Below, one piece after another: positions 1 through 9,756 of a DNA stretch of 64,000 nt. The stretch covers positions 5,917 to 69,916 of the forward strand of contig JAJVHU010000029.1 in the NCBI GenBank assembly GCA_022072505.1, read 5' to 3'. A program made the position numbers and the translations under genes. Numbering within the stretch: position 1 is the first letter of the stretch; every line of letters begins with the position of its first letter. This DNA comes from Phycisphaerae bacterium. GTDB taxonomy: Bacteria > Planctomycetota > Phycisphaerae > UBA1845. The notes beneath the pieces were generated by a model, which was given only the letters and a program-made list of their open reading frames with translations, searched no databases and was not told the DNA's origin.

Positions 1-303
1 TGCCGCGACATGAAGGTGGTGACAGCGGCGGTAGTAACCGAGTCCCGCCCAGAAGGGGAGAACGTCGTCGATCGACGCGGACGCCAGGGATCGCAAGGTC
101 GGGAAGCGGCGCATGAACCGCTCGAAATAAGGCAGAACCGTCCTGACCTGAGTCTGCTGGAGCATGAACTCGGAAACGAGCGTGGCGTAAGGGTCGGGCG
201 GGTTGCGTCGCCAGGGGAGGTTGCGGCGATGCCGGTCATACCAGCGCAGGAGGCGCCGGCGAACGATCGCTGCGGCGGATTCGAGCGAGACGGAGTTCCG
301 CAC
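1..303 (-). CDS. mutY: A/G-specific adenine DNA glycosylase MutY, N-terminal part (gene continues beyond the left window edge)
   Basis: Reverse-strand translation from GTG at 303 reads VRNSVSLESAAAIVRRRLLRWYDRHRRNLPWRRNPPDPYATLVSEFMLQQTQVRTVLPYFERFMRRFPTLRSLASASIDDVLPFWAGLGYYRRCHHLHVAA. The LPWR, MLQQTQV, PYFERF and GLGYY motifs are the MutY/HhH-GPD signature. It is absent from the ORF track because it has no stop inside the window. Confidence 0.8.
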   Translation of the reverse strand, partial: MRNSVSLESAAAIVRRRLLRWYDRHRRNLPWRRNPPDPYATLVSEFMLQQTQVRTVLPYFERFMRRFPTLRSLASASIDDVLPFWAGLGYYRRCHHLHVAA

Positions 304-321
304 GGTTGAGCATGCCTGTAT

Positions 322-395
322 TGCGCCCGGGAGGACTCGAACCTCCAACCTTCAGATTCGAAGTCTGCCACTCTGTCCAATTGAGCTACGGGCGC
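322..395 (-). tRNA. tRNA-Arg (anticodon TCG)
   Basis: The reverse complement reads GCGCCCGTAGCTCAATTGGACAGAGTGGCAGACTTCGAATCTGAAGGTTGGAGGTTCGAGTCCTCCCGGGCGCA. It has a 7-bp acceptor stem (GCGCCCG/CGGGCGC), a D-arm GCTC..GAGT, an anticodon loop CTTCGAA and a T-arm GGAGG-TTCGAGT-CCTCC. CCA is not encoded. Confidence 0.9.
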
Positions 396-613
396 GGACG
401 CGCGACGGGTCACATCGTCGCCGCGCGGCCATGTTATCGACCGTCCGCCAAGGGGTAAAGCCGCTCCGACGCGAGGCAGGCAGGAGGCCGTCGCAGTTCA
501 TGCAGGCACGGCGCGAACGATCGAACGTGGAAGCTGCGATTTCGGTTTCACGGCTTGATCGGGTAGGATTTGGATGTCGGGGAGGGGGGTCGGAACGAAA
601 AAAGGGGGGTCGT

Positions 614-2182
614 ATGCACGGGGGGATCATGCGCAAGATCGGGAGAAGGTCGGCGGGATGGGTTGCGGCGGCGACGGTCGCGGTGGGAGTGTTGGTTTCT
701 GACGCGAAGGCCGCGGAGGGTCCGACCGGTCTTCTGCCCGTGGTCGCGTCGCCTTTCCGCGTAGACGACCAGGGGGCGGAGGATTTTGTTGGTTTGCGTT
801 TCACGGGCGAGATCGCGGGCGGCGACTGCGGCGAGGGGACGTTCGTGATGTCGTCGTTTCCGCTGGGAGACGGGACCACCGCGGAGCTTCTGCTGGAGCC
901 GATGCAACTGACGACCGACGACGCGAGGCTGGTGATCGGAACCCGCGCAGGGGATCGACTTGCCGCGATGCCGAACGTGGTCCTGTATTCGGGCCAGGTG
1001 ATCGGGAAGGCGGACAGTCGCGTGTTCCTAAGCCTTTCCGAGGAGGCGCAATACGGATACGTGATCGTGGACGGCGCGATGCACGTGTTGTCGAGCGGGC
1101 CGGCGGGTCAGGGGCTGCCGCCGGTGATCTACCGGACGGACGCGGCGCCGGAGGGAGCGTTTGACTGGGTGGACTGGACCTGCTCGGCGGGGGAGTCGGA
1201 GCGGGTGGAGTCGGTCAGCGCGGCGGATGCGGGAGGAGAGGAGACGGCCGGGGGTGAGGAGCGGCCGCCGTGCCGCGTGGCGGTGATTGCCGTCGAGACG
1301 GACTGGGAGTACACGGGGAACATCTTCGGCGGCAATACAGAGGCGTCGGCGGCGTACGCGCTGACGTTGTGGGGCGCGGTGTCCGAGATTTACAAGCGGG
1401 ACGTGAACACGAGTCTGCGGATTTCGTTCCTGCGGGTCTGGGAAAGCGACTCCGATCCTTATGCCGGCGGGGGGCTGGGGGAGTTTCAGAATTACTGGAA
1501 CGCCAACATGGGCCACGTCCCGCGGCACGCCGCGCATATTCTCTGCGCCGGGTACGGCGGGGGGGTGGCGTATCTGCCGGGGCTTTGCAACTGGGGATAC
1601 GAATACGGGCTGTCCGGGGCGCTTTCGGGGTACTTTCCGTATCCGCTGCGCGATCACAGCAATTACAACTGGGATCCTTTTGTCGTTTCGCATGAGCTCG
1701 GGCACAACTTCGGCGCGCCTCACACGCACGATCACAACCCGGTGATCGACGGGTGCGGGCTGGGGGATTGCTCGGATGCCTTCAACGGAACGATCATGAG
1801 TTACTGTCACGGATGCGCGCGCGGGATGTTCAACATCGTGCTGCGTCTGCATGAGCGGTCGATTTCGGAGGCGATCCTGCCGTGGCTGCGGCGGGCGAAC
1901 TGCGACCTCACGACGGATCCGGAATGCGCGATCACGTGCGCCGACGTCAAGAAGATGACGGCGCGGTGCAACGCGCGGGGGCAGGTGAGCCTGAAGGTGC
2001 GGTTGCGGAATGAGGATCATAACGGGCAGGAGGTCGTGGTGAATCTCGACGGACGGGCGTTCGCGTTCACCGTGCGCGGGGACCGGGTGGCGGAGAAGGT
2101 CTGTTGTTTCGCGGGTCCGGTGACGGTGGCGCTCGAGAGTCCGGCCGGATGCGTGGCGCCGTTTGAAACGCCGTGTGAGTAG
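614..2182 (+). CDS. secreted zinc metalloprotease, metzincin / reprolysin (M12B)-like
   Basis: ATG at 614 is preceded by a G-rich RBS and followed by a signal peptide (RKIGRRSAGWVAAATVAVGVLVSDAKA). It carries the HELGHNFGAPH (HExxHxxGxxH) motif, a GTIMSY Met-turn and a Cys-rich C-terminus. The 203-613 part of the track ORF crosses the tRNA and is not coding. Confidence 0.8.
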   Translation: MHGGIMRKIGRRSAGWVAAATVAVGVLVSDAKAAEGPTGLLPVVASPFRVDDQGAEDFVGLRFTGEIAGGDCGEGTFVMSSFPLGDGTTAELLLEPMQLTTDDARLVIGTRAGDRLAAMPNVVLYSGQVIGKADSRVFLSLSEEAQYGYVIVDGAMHVLSSGPAGQGLPPVIYRTDAAPEGAFDWVDWTCSAGESERVESVSAADAGGEETAGGEERPPCRVAVIAVETDWEYTGNIFGGNTEASAAYALTLWGAVSEIYKRDVNTSLRISFLRVWESDSDPYAGGGLGEFQNYWNANMGHVPRHAAHILCAGYGGGVAYLPGLCNWGYEYGLSGALSGYFPYPLRDHSNYNWDPFVVSHELGHNFGAPHTHDHNPVIDGCGLGDCSDAFNGTIMSYCHGCARGMFNIVLRLHERSISEAILPWLRRANCDLTTDPECAITCADVKKMTARCNARGQVSLKVRLRNEDHNGQEVVVNLDGRAFAFTVRGDRVAEKVCCFAGPVTVALESPAGCVAPFETPCE

Positions 2183-2197
2183 GACAACGTTGACCGG

Positions 2198-3340
2198 ATG
2201 AGCGACGAGACGCCGGGCAAGCCTGACTCGCCGAAAGGCCGCAAGGTCCGCGTCTCGTTCCGGCGCAACCGAAGCCGTCCGGGCCGGGTCAAGGACTGGA
2301 CGAAGCAGGCGTCGGAGGCGGAAGGCGGCGACGTCGAGGCGCACAAAATCGAGTCGGTGCGTGCGAAAGGCGCGCTGTCCCGCAAGCGGACGATCATCGT
2401 CAGCGACGCACCGTCGGGCGAGTTGATCCGCGGGGTGGTTCTGTCGATCCTCGGAGGATTCAACGAGGTCGAGGCGGACGGGCGGTTGTGGCGCTGCCGT
2501 CTGCGCCGCATTCTGAAGACGCGGCTGATCGAGGCGCGCAGTCCGCTGGCGGTCGGCGATCGCGTGCTTTTCCGGGCGGCGGGGGGCGACGAGTCCGCGC
2601 CGGCGGAAGGTCTGATCGAACATGTCGAGCCGCGGACCAGCGAGTTGACGCGGCGCGTGATGAACCGCTTTCACACGGTGGCGGCCAACGTGGACCGGGC
2701 GGTGATTGTCGTGTCCGCGGGTCTGCCGCCGCCGAAGCCGCACTTGATCGACCGCTACATCGTCGCGGCGCTGAAGGGGAGGATTGTCCCCGTCGTCTGC
2801 CTCAACAAGGTGGACCTGGATCCGGAAGCGGCGGATATCCTCGAGCGTTACCGGGCGCTGGGGTACGCGGCGCTGGCGACCAGCGCGGTTCGCGGCGACG
2901 GGATCGAGGCGCTGCGCGAGGTTCTGATCGGGCGATCGTCCGTCATCGTGGGTCAAAGCGGGGTCGGGAAAACCGCGCTTCTGAACGCGATCCAGCCGGG
3001 ACTGGGTCTGCGCGTCGGGGAGCTGGACCGGCGGTGGGGGAAGGGGCGGCACACGACGACGAACGCGCGACGGATTCCTCTCGACGGCGGCGGCGTCATC
3101 GTGGACACTCCGGGGGTCCGGACGCTGGACGTGACGTTGATCGGGAAGTATGAGCTTGAGCGTTTCTTCGAGGAGTTCATCCAACTTGTGCCGAATTGCC
3201 GGTTCCCGGATTGCACGCACGTGCATGAGTCAGACTGCGCGGTGCGCGCCGCGGTTGAGCGGGGCGAAATTCACCCTGATCGGTATGAGAGTTACGTGCG
3301 TCTTTTCACGGATCCGGCGCATGAGCCGGTCTACGACTGA
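2198..3340 (+). CDS. rsgA: ribosome small-subunit-dependent GTPase A
   Basis: It shows the circularly permuted GTPase motifs CLNKVDL, GQSGVGKTALLN and DTPGVR, plus the zinc knuckle CRFPDCTHVHESDCAV. There is a basic N-terminal extension. Confidence 0.9.
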   Translation: MSDETPGKPDSPKGRKVRVSFRRNRSRPGRVKDWTKQASEAEGGDVEAHKIESVRAKGALSRKRTIIVSDAPSGELIRGVVLSILGGFNEVEADGRLWRCRLRRILKTRLIEARSPLAVGDRVLFRAAGGDESAPAEGLIEHVEPRTSELTRRVMNRFHTVAANVDRAVIVVSAGLPPPKPHLIDRYIVAALKGRIVPVVCLNKVDLDPEAADILERYRALGYAALATSAVRGDGIEALREVLIGRSSVIVGQSGVGKTALLNAIQPGLGLRVGELDRRWGKGRHTTTNARRIPLDGGGVIVDTPGVRTLDVTLIGKYELERFFEEFIQLVPNCRFPDCTHVHESDCAVRAAVERGEIHPDRYESYVRLFTDPAHEPVYD

Positions 3341-3355
3341 GCGGAGCCCCGCGGC

Positions 3356-4360
3356 ATGACCTCGCACGCCGCCCAGCGGATCGCCTACGGCGCGATCGCG
3401 ATTCTTTTTCTGGTCACCCTGACAGCGGTCGATGCGGCGGCGGCGCAGGCGGAATCCACCTGGCCGGGTCTTGCGGCGCTGGTGCGTCACGGGAGCGTGA
3501 TCCCGCTGACCTTCATCGGGTTGACGCTGGTCGCGGCGGTGGAGTTGCGTCGCATCCTGGCTGGGGCGGGGTGTCGCCCGCACGCGCGCTGGGCGTACGC
3601 GATGATCGTCCTGCTGATGTTGCAGCCGTGGGTGGCGCCGACGGGGTGGCTGGGGTACGCGCCGCAGCGTCGAGAAGGGATCGTCGGTCAGCTCGTGCTG
3701 CTCGGGCTCGCCGCGGCGGGGACGATGTGGCTTCAGGTGCGTCGTCGTGATCCGTCGCGGACGCTGCGCGACGCGGGTTCGACGCTGCTGATGATTCTGT
3801 ATCTGGGGCTTCTTCCGTCGTTCGGTCTTCAACTGCGGTGCGGGTGGGATGCGGACCCCGGTCGGGGGGCGTGGACGCTGTTGTTCGTGGTCCTGATGAT
3901 CAAGGGGTCTGACATCGGGGGCTATCTGGTCGGAAGCGTTCTCGGTCGGCACAAGCTCATTCCGGAGATCAGCCCGTCGAAGTCGTGGGAGGGAACGATC
4001 GGGGGGGTGGCTTTAAGCGCAGCGTTCGCGTTGGCTCTCGTGGCCACGGCTCGCACGCTGGGGGCCGTCGCCGGAGGACTGTGGGAAAGCGAGGCGGAGT
4101 CGATCGCGGCGTTGGTTGACGAGGTGTTCGGCGTGTTTGATCGCCTTGGATTTATTCGGGCTGGCGTGCTGGGCGCAGTTCTCGCGTGTTTTGCATTGTT
4201 AGGTGATTTATTTGAGTCTTGCATTAAACGTGAAGGCGGGGTCAAAGACTCGGCTTCTCATATCCCGACTTACGGGGGTATACTTGACCTGCTGGATAGT
4301 CCCTGCGGCGCATTGCCGGTCGCGTGGTTCCTGCTGCGGGAGGCGTGGGGCGTGCTTTGA
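3356..4360 (+). CDS. cdsA: phosphatidate cytidylyltransferase
   Basis: It is a polytopic membrane protein with the CdsA signature SKSWEGTIGG ... GDLFESCIKREGGVKDS ... GGILDLLDS. Confidence 0.85.
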   Translation: MTSHAAQRIAYGAIAILFLVTLTAVDAAAAQAESTWPGLAALVRHGSVIPLTFIGLTLVAAVELRRILAGAGCRPHARWAYAMIVLLMLQPWVAPTGWLGYAPQRREGIVGQLVLLGLAAAGTMWLQVRRRDPSRTLRDAGSTLLMILYLGLLPSFGLQLRCGWDADPGRGAWTLLFVVLMIKGSDIGGYLVGSVLGRHKLIPEISPSKSWEGTIGGVALSAAFALALVATARTLGAVAGGLWESEAESIAALVDEVFGVFDRLGFIRAGVLGAVLACFALLGDLFESCIKREGGVKDSASHIPTYGGILDLLDSPCGALPVAWFLLREAWGVL

Positions 4361-4443
4361 CGAGCCGTGTGAGGCTTCGGCGGCTGTCCGGCATCTGAAG
4401 GAGTCGGCAAAGCCGGCGTCGAGGGAGGCGTCGGCGGACGAGC

Positions 4444-5406
4444 ATGGGCGACGCAGAAACGGTTGAGCTGACGTTGACGATCGGCGACCCCCGTCATCGC
4501 GGCGCGTTGTACGGTCCGGCGGACCGTCACCTGCGCCGGATCCGCACGGCGTTCGACGTCCGCATCAGCGCCCGTGACGATCATGTGCGGATCAGCGGCG
4601 ACGCGGACGCCGTGGGTCGCGCGCGGTCGGTTCTTGAAGAGCTTCAGACGCATCTGCGAAGCTCCCCTCTCCTGGATGACGAGCACGTGGTGGACGCGAT
4701 CCGCCGGGTGGACGTGCGTCGCCCGGAGTCGGGTTCGTCGTCGTTGCGCGTCTATCTGGCGTCCGCTCATGTCACGCCTCGAACCGCCGGACAGGAGGCG
4801 TACGTCAATGCAATCCGCAATCATGACCTGACGATCTGCTTCGGACCGGCCGGAACGGGAAAGACGTACCTGGCGGTGGCGGTGGCGGTGTCGATGCTGA
4901 AGGAAGGGTTGATCCGGTCGATCGTGCTGGTTCGGCCGGCGGTGGAGGCGGGAGAGAAGCTCGGGTATCTGCCGGGCGACCTTCAGGCGAAGGTGAATCC
5001 CTACCTGCGTCCGCTCTTCGACGCGATGCACGACATGATGCCGTTTGAGCAGGTTCGGAACTTCATCAAGAACGACATCATCGAGATCGTGCCGCTGGCG
5101 TTCATGCGTGGGCGGACGCTGAACCACGCGGCGGTCATCCTCGACGAAGCCCAGAACGCGACGGTGCGCCAGATGCTGATGTTCCTGACGCGGCTGGGCA
5201 ACGGAAGCAAGATGATCGCGACCGGCGACGACACGCAGGTGGACCTGGAGTCGGACCGTCAAAGCGGGCTGACGGACGCGGTGAAGCGGCTTGATCGGAC
5301 TCCGGGGGTGGCGATCGTGCGGTTGACCGAGGTGGACATTGTGCGGCATCCGCTGGTGCAGCGGATCGTGGACGCTTACGGAAACATGATGCAACCGCGC
5401 GGATAA
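4444..5406 (+). CDS. phoH: PhoH-family ATPase (YbeZ-like)
   Basis: It has the P-loop GPAGTGKTYLAVA and the segments RPAVEAGEKLGYLPGDL and ILDEAQN. It sits in the conserved phoH-HDIG-ybeY-corC neighbourhood. Confidence 0.9.
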   Translation: MGDAETVELTLTIGDPRHRGALYGPADRHLRRIRTAFDVRISARDDHVRISGDADAVGRARSVLEELQTHLRSSPLLDDEHVVDAIRRVDVRRPESGSSSLRVYLASAHVTPRTAGQEAYVNAIRNHDLTICFGPAGTGKTYLAVAVAVSMLKEGLIRSIVLVRPAVEAGEKLGYLPGDLQAKVNPYLRPLFDAMHDMMPFEQVRNFIKNDIIEIVPLAFMRGRTLNHAAVILDEAQNATVRQMLMFLTRLGNGSKMIATGDDTQVDLESDRQSGLTDAVKRLDRTPGVAIVRLTEVDIVRHPLVQRIVDAYGNMMQPRG

Positions 5407-5445
5407 GCGCGACCGTGTGAAAGCGTTGAGCGGCGCGGAGCCGGG

Positions 5446-7827
5446 GTGTTGCGACGGAGCATCGGGACAGGAACCGAAGGAGCGCGGGAACGCAGGGCGA
5501 TGGCGAAGGTCCGGCGAATCCAGATTGACAAGCGGCTGCGCGTCGGAGCGCCGGCGCGCGGACCGGCGTGGCTGTGCGTCGTGACGAGTCGCGCGGCGCG
5601 GCTTGCGCTGGTGCTGACGCTGGGCGCCTGCGGGGTGAGCCTTTACGGGCCCGAGCCTCTGCCGTACCGGCTGGGACAGCGCATTCAGTCGCCGGTTCTG
5701 GCCCGGGTGGACTTCGACATTCCGGACCCGACGACGACGGAATTCGAGCGGCGGAAAGCGCGGGAAGGCGCGCCGAGTCATTATGCGTTTGATCCGGCGG
5801 CGGGGCAGCGAGTCGTGGCGAGCCTGCGGGCGTTGATTGAGGGGGCGGCGGAACAAACGTCGCTGGATCAGCTTTGTGTCGCGGATGCCGCGTTGAAGGT
5901 CGTCGATGGCGCGGCGTACGACCGGGTGGAAGCGTTCGCGGCGGAGCAGACGTCGGAGGCGATTGAGGCGGAACTGGACGCGCTGAGCGCGGCGCTGCTG
6001 ACGGCGTATACGGCGCGCGACGTGACGCGCGAGCCGCGTGATCCGCGCTCGACGGCGGACTGGATCCTTGTCCACGTCGGATCGACGGAAGCTCAGGAAT
6101 CCCGCGTGGTTCCGCTGGACAAGGTGACGGCGCTGGAGAAGCCGGAGGAGGTGCGGAAGCTTTCGGAATCGGCGGCGGCGCGTCTGTCGGAGCCGCTGCG
6201 GCCTGCGGCGACGGCGTTGATTCAGGAGCGACTGCTGTCCGCGCCGACGCTTCGATATGAGTCGGAGCGGACGCTTCGGGAGATGGCGCTGGCGGTGGAG
6301 CGCATTCCGGAGGCGCGGTTCGCGTACAAGCGCGGGGAGGCGTTCGTGGTTCCCGCGGCGGGCGTCCGGTCGAGCGTGCTGACGACGCGGGAGAAGGATC
6401 TGCTCGAGGCGCATCGCGAGGCGTGGGCGGGATATCTGCGTTCGGAGGAGCCGGACGCCGTGGCGGAGCGGAGCGAGGCGCGGTTGCAGACGGGGGGGCG
6501 TCTGACGCTGGTGGCGCTGGTGGCGATCGGGCTGGTGATGTACCTGGCGCAGCATCATCCGCGGATGCTGGAGTCGCGGACGAAGTGCTGGGCGTTCACG
6601 CTGCTGGTGCTTTGCACGTTGATCGGCGCGCGATTGCTGTCGGTGCAGTGGCCGGATTACCGGGAGCTGACGCTGGCGCCGGCGCTGGTATGCGCCAGCG
6701 CGTTTGCGATTTTTTTCCCGTCGCGGCTGGCGATCGGGGCGATGAGCATCCTGTGCGTGATCGTCGTGCTGGTGGCGCGGGAGTCGCTGTCGTTGCTGCT
6801 GACGATGGCGACGGCGTCGAGCGTGATGGCGTTTCAATTGAGCGCGATCCGGGCGCGGACGCGGATCCTGACGGCCGGGGCGGTGACGGCGGTGGCGGCG
6901 CCGCTGGCGGGGATTTCCGGGGATCTGATCGGGGGGGAGTCGCTGGCGTTCGCGCTTCAGTCGGCGGGCTGGGGGGCGGCGTGTTCGCTGGGGGCGGCGT
7001 TCTTCGTGTCGGGCGTGCTGCCTTTTGCGGAGGGTTTTTTCCGGCTGGCCACGCCGCTGATGCTGATGCAGTGGCGGGATTCGCGTCAGCCGCTGCTGCA
7101 ACTTCTGGCGCGGGAGGCGCCGGGGACGTATCAGCACAGCCTGACGGTGAGCAAGCTGGCGGAAGAGGCGTGTCAGGCGATCGGCGCGGACGACCTGCTC
7201 GCCTCGGTCGGCGCGCTGTATCACGACGTGGGGAAGATTCTGAAACCGGAGTATTTCACGGAGAATCAGGCGGCGCAGATCAATCTTCATTCGACGCTGG
7301 CGCCGAAAATGAGTCTTCTGATCATTCTGGCGCACGTGAAGGACGGGGTTGAACTCGCGCGGGAGTACCGGTTGCCGCCCGCGTTGATCCCCTTTATCCG
7401 CGAGCATCACGGGACGACGCTGGTGCGGTACTTTCACAACGTTGCGGCGGAGCGCCAACCGTCGATTGCGACGGGACGTCACGACCGCGAGGTTCCTGAG
7501 GCGGAGTTCCGGTATCCGGGACCGAAGCCCCGGACCCGTGAGACGGCGGTGTTGATGCTGTGCGACGGGGTCGAGGGGGCGGTGCGGTCGCTGCGGGATC
7601 CGGCGCCGGGCCGGATCGAGAACGTCGTACACTCGATCCTGATGGATCGGCTTAACGACGGGCAGTTCGACGACTGCGAAATCACGCTGGCGGACCTGCA
7701 CAAGGTCGAGCAGGCGCTGGTCAAGGCGCTGTGCAGCCTTTATCACGGACGGGTGGCGTATCCGAAGGCGGGGGAGGGAGGCGGGCGTCGTGAAGCTCCG
7801 CCGCAGCCGAAACCCGCCGCGGTGTGA
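5446..7827 (+). CDS. 7TM-receptor HDIG-domain phosphohydrolase (PgpH/YqfF-like)
   Basis: It has an N-terminal extracellular region, seven predicted TM helices and a C-terminal HD domain (HSLTVSKLAEE ... LYHDVGKILKPEYF ... REHHGT). The start is uncertain: GTG at 5446 or ATG at 5500. Confidence 0.8.
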   Translation: MLRRSIGTGTEGARERRAMAKVRRIQIDKRLRVGAPARGPAWLCVVTSRAARLALVLTLGACGVSLYGPEPLPYRLGQRIQSPVLARVDFDIPDPTTTEFERRKAREGAPSHYAFDPAAGQRVVASLRALIEGAAEQTSLDQLCVADAALKVVDGAAYDRVEAFAAEQTSEAIEAELDALSAALLTAYTARDVTREPRDPRSTADWILVHVGSTEAQESRVVPLDKVTALEKPEEVRKLSESAAARLSEPLRPAATALIQERLLSAPTLRYESERTLREMALAVERIPEARFAYKRGEAFVVPAAGVRSSVLTTREKDLLEAHREAWAGYLRSEEPDAVAERSEARLQTGGRLTLVALVAIGLVMYLAQHHPRMLESRTKCWAFTLLVLCTLIGARLLSVQWPDYRELTLAPALVCASAFAIFFPSRLAIGAMSILCVIVVLVARESLSLLLTMATASSVMAFQLSAIRARTRILTAGAVTAVAAPLAGISGDLIGGESLAFALQSAGWGAACSLGAAFFVSGVLPFAEGFFRLATPLMLMQWRDSRQPLLQLLAREAPGTYQHSLTVSKLAEEACQAIGADDLLASVGALYHDVGKILKPEYFTENQAAQINLHSTLAPKMSLLIILAHVKDGVELAREYRLPPALIPFIREHHGTTLVRYFHNVAAERQPSIATGRHDREVPEAEFRYPGPKPRTRETAVLMLCDGVEGAVRSLRDPAPGRIENVVHSILMDRLNDGQFDDCEITLADLHKVEQALVKALCSLYHGRVAYPKAGEGGGRREAPPQPKPAAV

Positions 7828-8402
7828 GTTTTGATGCGGCAGCGACATTGATGGACGAGGAGCCGCCTTACCAACTGAGCCTGAGCGCGACGCCGACGAG
7901 CGATCCGCCTTCGCGGGAGCTGATTCTTCGCGTCGTGCGCGAAGTGCTTCGCCGTCAGGGATGCGCGCGGGCGAAAATTCACGTCGCGCTCGTGCCCGAC
8001 GCATGCATCGCGGATCTGAACGAGCGTTTTCTTCAACATGAGGGGGCGACGGACGTTCTGTCCTTCGATCTTTCCGAAAACCGCGGCAGCGAGGTCGAGG
8101 GCGAGATCGTGATCTCGGTCGACACGGCGCTCCGCGAGGCGCGGCGGCGCGGTCATGATCCGGGGGTCGAACTGGCGTTGTACGCCGCCCACGGCGCGCT
8201 GCATCTTCTCGGCTGGGATGACGGCACGGAGGACGAGGCCCGCCTCATGCATGCGCGGGCGGACGACGCCCTGGAGGCGTGCGGACTGGCGCGGATTGCG
8301 CCGAAGGGGGATGAGGATCGCGAGGCTGCCGGCGCCGTCGGACCGGGGACGGCGCGCGGCGACTCCGTCCTGGGCGGCGCGAGGGCGCGGAGGCCGGCGT
8401 AA
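7824..8402 (+). CDS. ybeY: rRNA maturation endoribonuclease YbeY
   Basis: It carries the HGALHLLGWDD zinc-binding motif. Its start forms a GTGA overlap with the upstream stop codon. Confidence 0.9.
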   Translation: MSFDAAATLMDEEPPYQLSLSATPTSDPPSRELILRVVREVLRRQGCARAKIHVALVPDACIADLNERFLQHEGATDVLSFDLSENRGSEVEGEIVISVDTALREARRRGHDPGVELALYAAHGALHLLGWDDGTEDEARLMHARADDALEACGLARIAPKGDEDREAAGAVGPGTARGDSVLGGARARRPA

Positions 8403-8456
8403 GAAGCCGGGCGACGCCGGGGGGCCGGGGGGCCGGGGTCGCCGTGAGAGGACAAG

Positions 8457-9746
8457 ATGCCTCACTGGCTGGAATTGATGCTCTGGGGTTCGGCGGACGT
8501 GCTGCTGCTGACGTTGGCGGCGGCGGCGAACCTTGCCCTGCGCGCGTCGCTGGCGCGCCTCACGGGCGAGATGGAGGGATCGGTGCATGAGGAGCGTCTC
8601 AGCCGGTTGTACGCCGCTCGTCAGCAGCTCCTTCAGGCGACGGGGCTTCTGCGCATCGGGGCGATCCTCGTCCTGGCGCTGATCGTCCTTGCCTTTCTCG
8701 AGGAGACGCAGTTCGGATCGGATCGGACGCGTTCGGCGTGGGCGTTTCTGGTGACGATCCTGCTTTGCGCGGTTTTCGCCCTGGCGATTCCGGCGGGGAT
8801 CGAGCGTTATGCGGGAGAGACGCTGATTCTGCGCTGCGCTCCCGTGCTTCAAGCGGTGCGCATCGCGCTGTTCCCGTTGCTGTGGGTGCTGGACATGTTC
8901 GACCCGCTGGTGCGACGGCTCGCGGGGGTCAGCGACGAGGAAGGCCGTCAGACCGTCGAGGTGGAGCGTGAGATTCTCGGCGTGGTCAGCGAGGGGGAGC
9001 GCCAGGGCGCGGTCAGCCAGGACGAGCGCGAGATGATCGAGTCGGTGATCGAGCTGCGCAACCTGCACGTCAACGAGATCATGACGCCGCGGACCGACAT
9101 CGTGGCGGTTCCGGCGGACGCGACGCTGGAGGACGTGCGGCGGACGATCCGCGAACACGGACACTCGCGCATTCCGGTGTACGAGGAGACGATCGACCGC
9201 GTCGTGGGCGTGTTGTACGCGAAGGATCTTCTTCAGATCGACGGCGCCCCGGACTTCGATCTTCGGGCGGGGCTGCGGACGCCGCTTTTTGTGCCGGAAA
9301 CGAAGCGCGTCCGGGAGCTGTTGCACGAGTTTCAGCAGCAGAAGATCCACCTGGCGGTGGTGCTTGATGAATACGGCGGGACGGCGGGGCTGGTCACGAT
9401 CGAGGACATCATCGAGGAGCTGGTCGGAGACATCTCGGACGAGCATGAGCAGCCCGAGCCGCGCGCGGTCGTCCAGATCGACCCGCGCACGTACGATGTA
9501 GACGCGCGGATGAGCATCGAGGAAGTCAACGAGGAGCTGCGGATCGACATTCCTGAGAGCGAGTACTACGAGACGATCGGCGGGTTCATTTCCTCCTCGC
9601 TGGGACGGATTCCGGGCGTCGGGGAGTCGTGCCGCCACGACGGCATCGCCTTTGAGGTCGTGGACGGCGACGCGCGCAAGGTGTCGCGTCTGCGGATCCG
9701 CCTGCCCGACGGGTCAGCGCAGGAGGCTGAGGAAATCCGCGCGTAA
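8457..9746 (+). CDS. CNNM/DUF21-CBS-CorC_HlyC family protein (TlyC/CorC-like)
   Basis: An N-terminal 4-TM DUF21 region is followed by a CBS pair (IMTPRTDIV ... RIPVYEE) and a C-terminal CorC_HlyC domain (ETIGGFI). Confidence 0.85.
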   Translation: MPHWLELMLWGSADVLLLTLAAAANLALRASLARLTGEMEGSVHEERLSRLYAARQQLLQATGLLRIGAILVLALIVLAFLEETQFGSDRTRSAWAFLVTILLCAVFALAIPAGIERYAGETLILRCAPVLQAVRIALFPLLWVLDMFDPLVRRLAGVSDEEGRQTVEVEREILGVVSEGERQGAVSQDEREMIESVIELRNLHVNEIMTPRTDIVAVPADATLEDVRRTIREHGHSRIPVYEETIDRVVGVLYAKDLLQIDGAPDFDLRAGLRTPLFVPETKRVRELLHEFQQQKIHLAVVLDEYGGTAGLVTIEDIIEELVGDISDEHEQPEPRAVVQIDPRTYDVDARMSIEEVNEELRIDIPESEYYETIGGFISSSLGRIPGVGESCRHDGIAFEVVDGDARKVSRLRIRLPDGSAQEAEEIRA

Positions 9747-9756
9747 TCCGCTTCGA

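Noticed and set aside
10-309. 99-aa plus-strand ORF at the left edge
   Set aside because: It is antisense to the mutY N-terminus, whose translation carries unmistakable MutY motifs.
203-613. Upstream 137 codons of the 659-aa track ORF
   Set aside because: This part reads straight through the tRNA-Arg gene and the mutY start region. The signal peptide and RBS are at ATG 614.
1028-3226. 732-aa minus-strand ORF
   Set aside because: It is antisense to the metzincin and rsgA, has low-complexity basic composition and shows no motifs.
4270-8004. 1244-aa minus-strand ORF, the longest reading frame after leuS
   Set aside because: It is antisense to phoH, the HDIG protein and ybeY, all of which have clear family motifs. 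The translation is extreme Arg/Pro/His/Gln low complexity, typical of the opposite strand of GC-rich genes. It has no RBS or recognisable domain.
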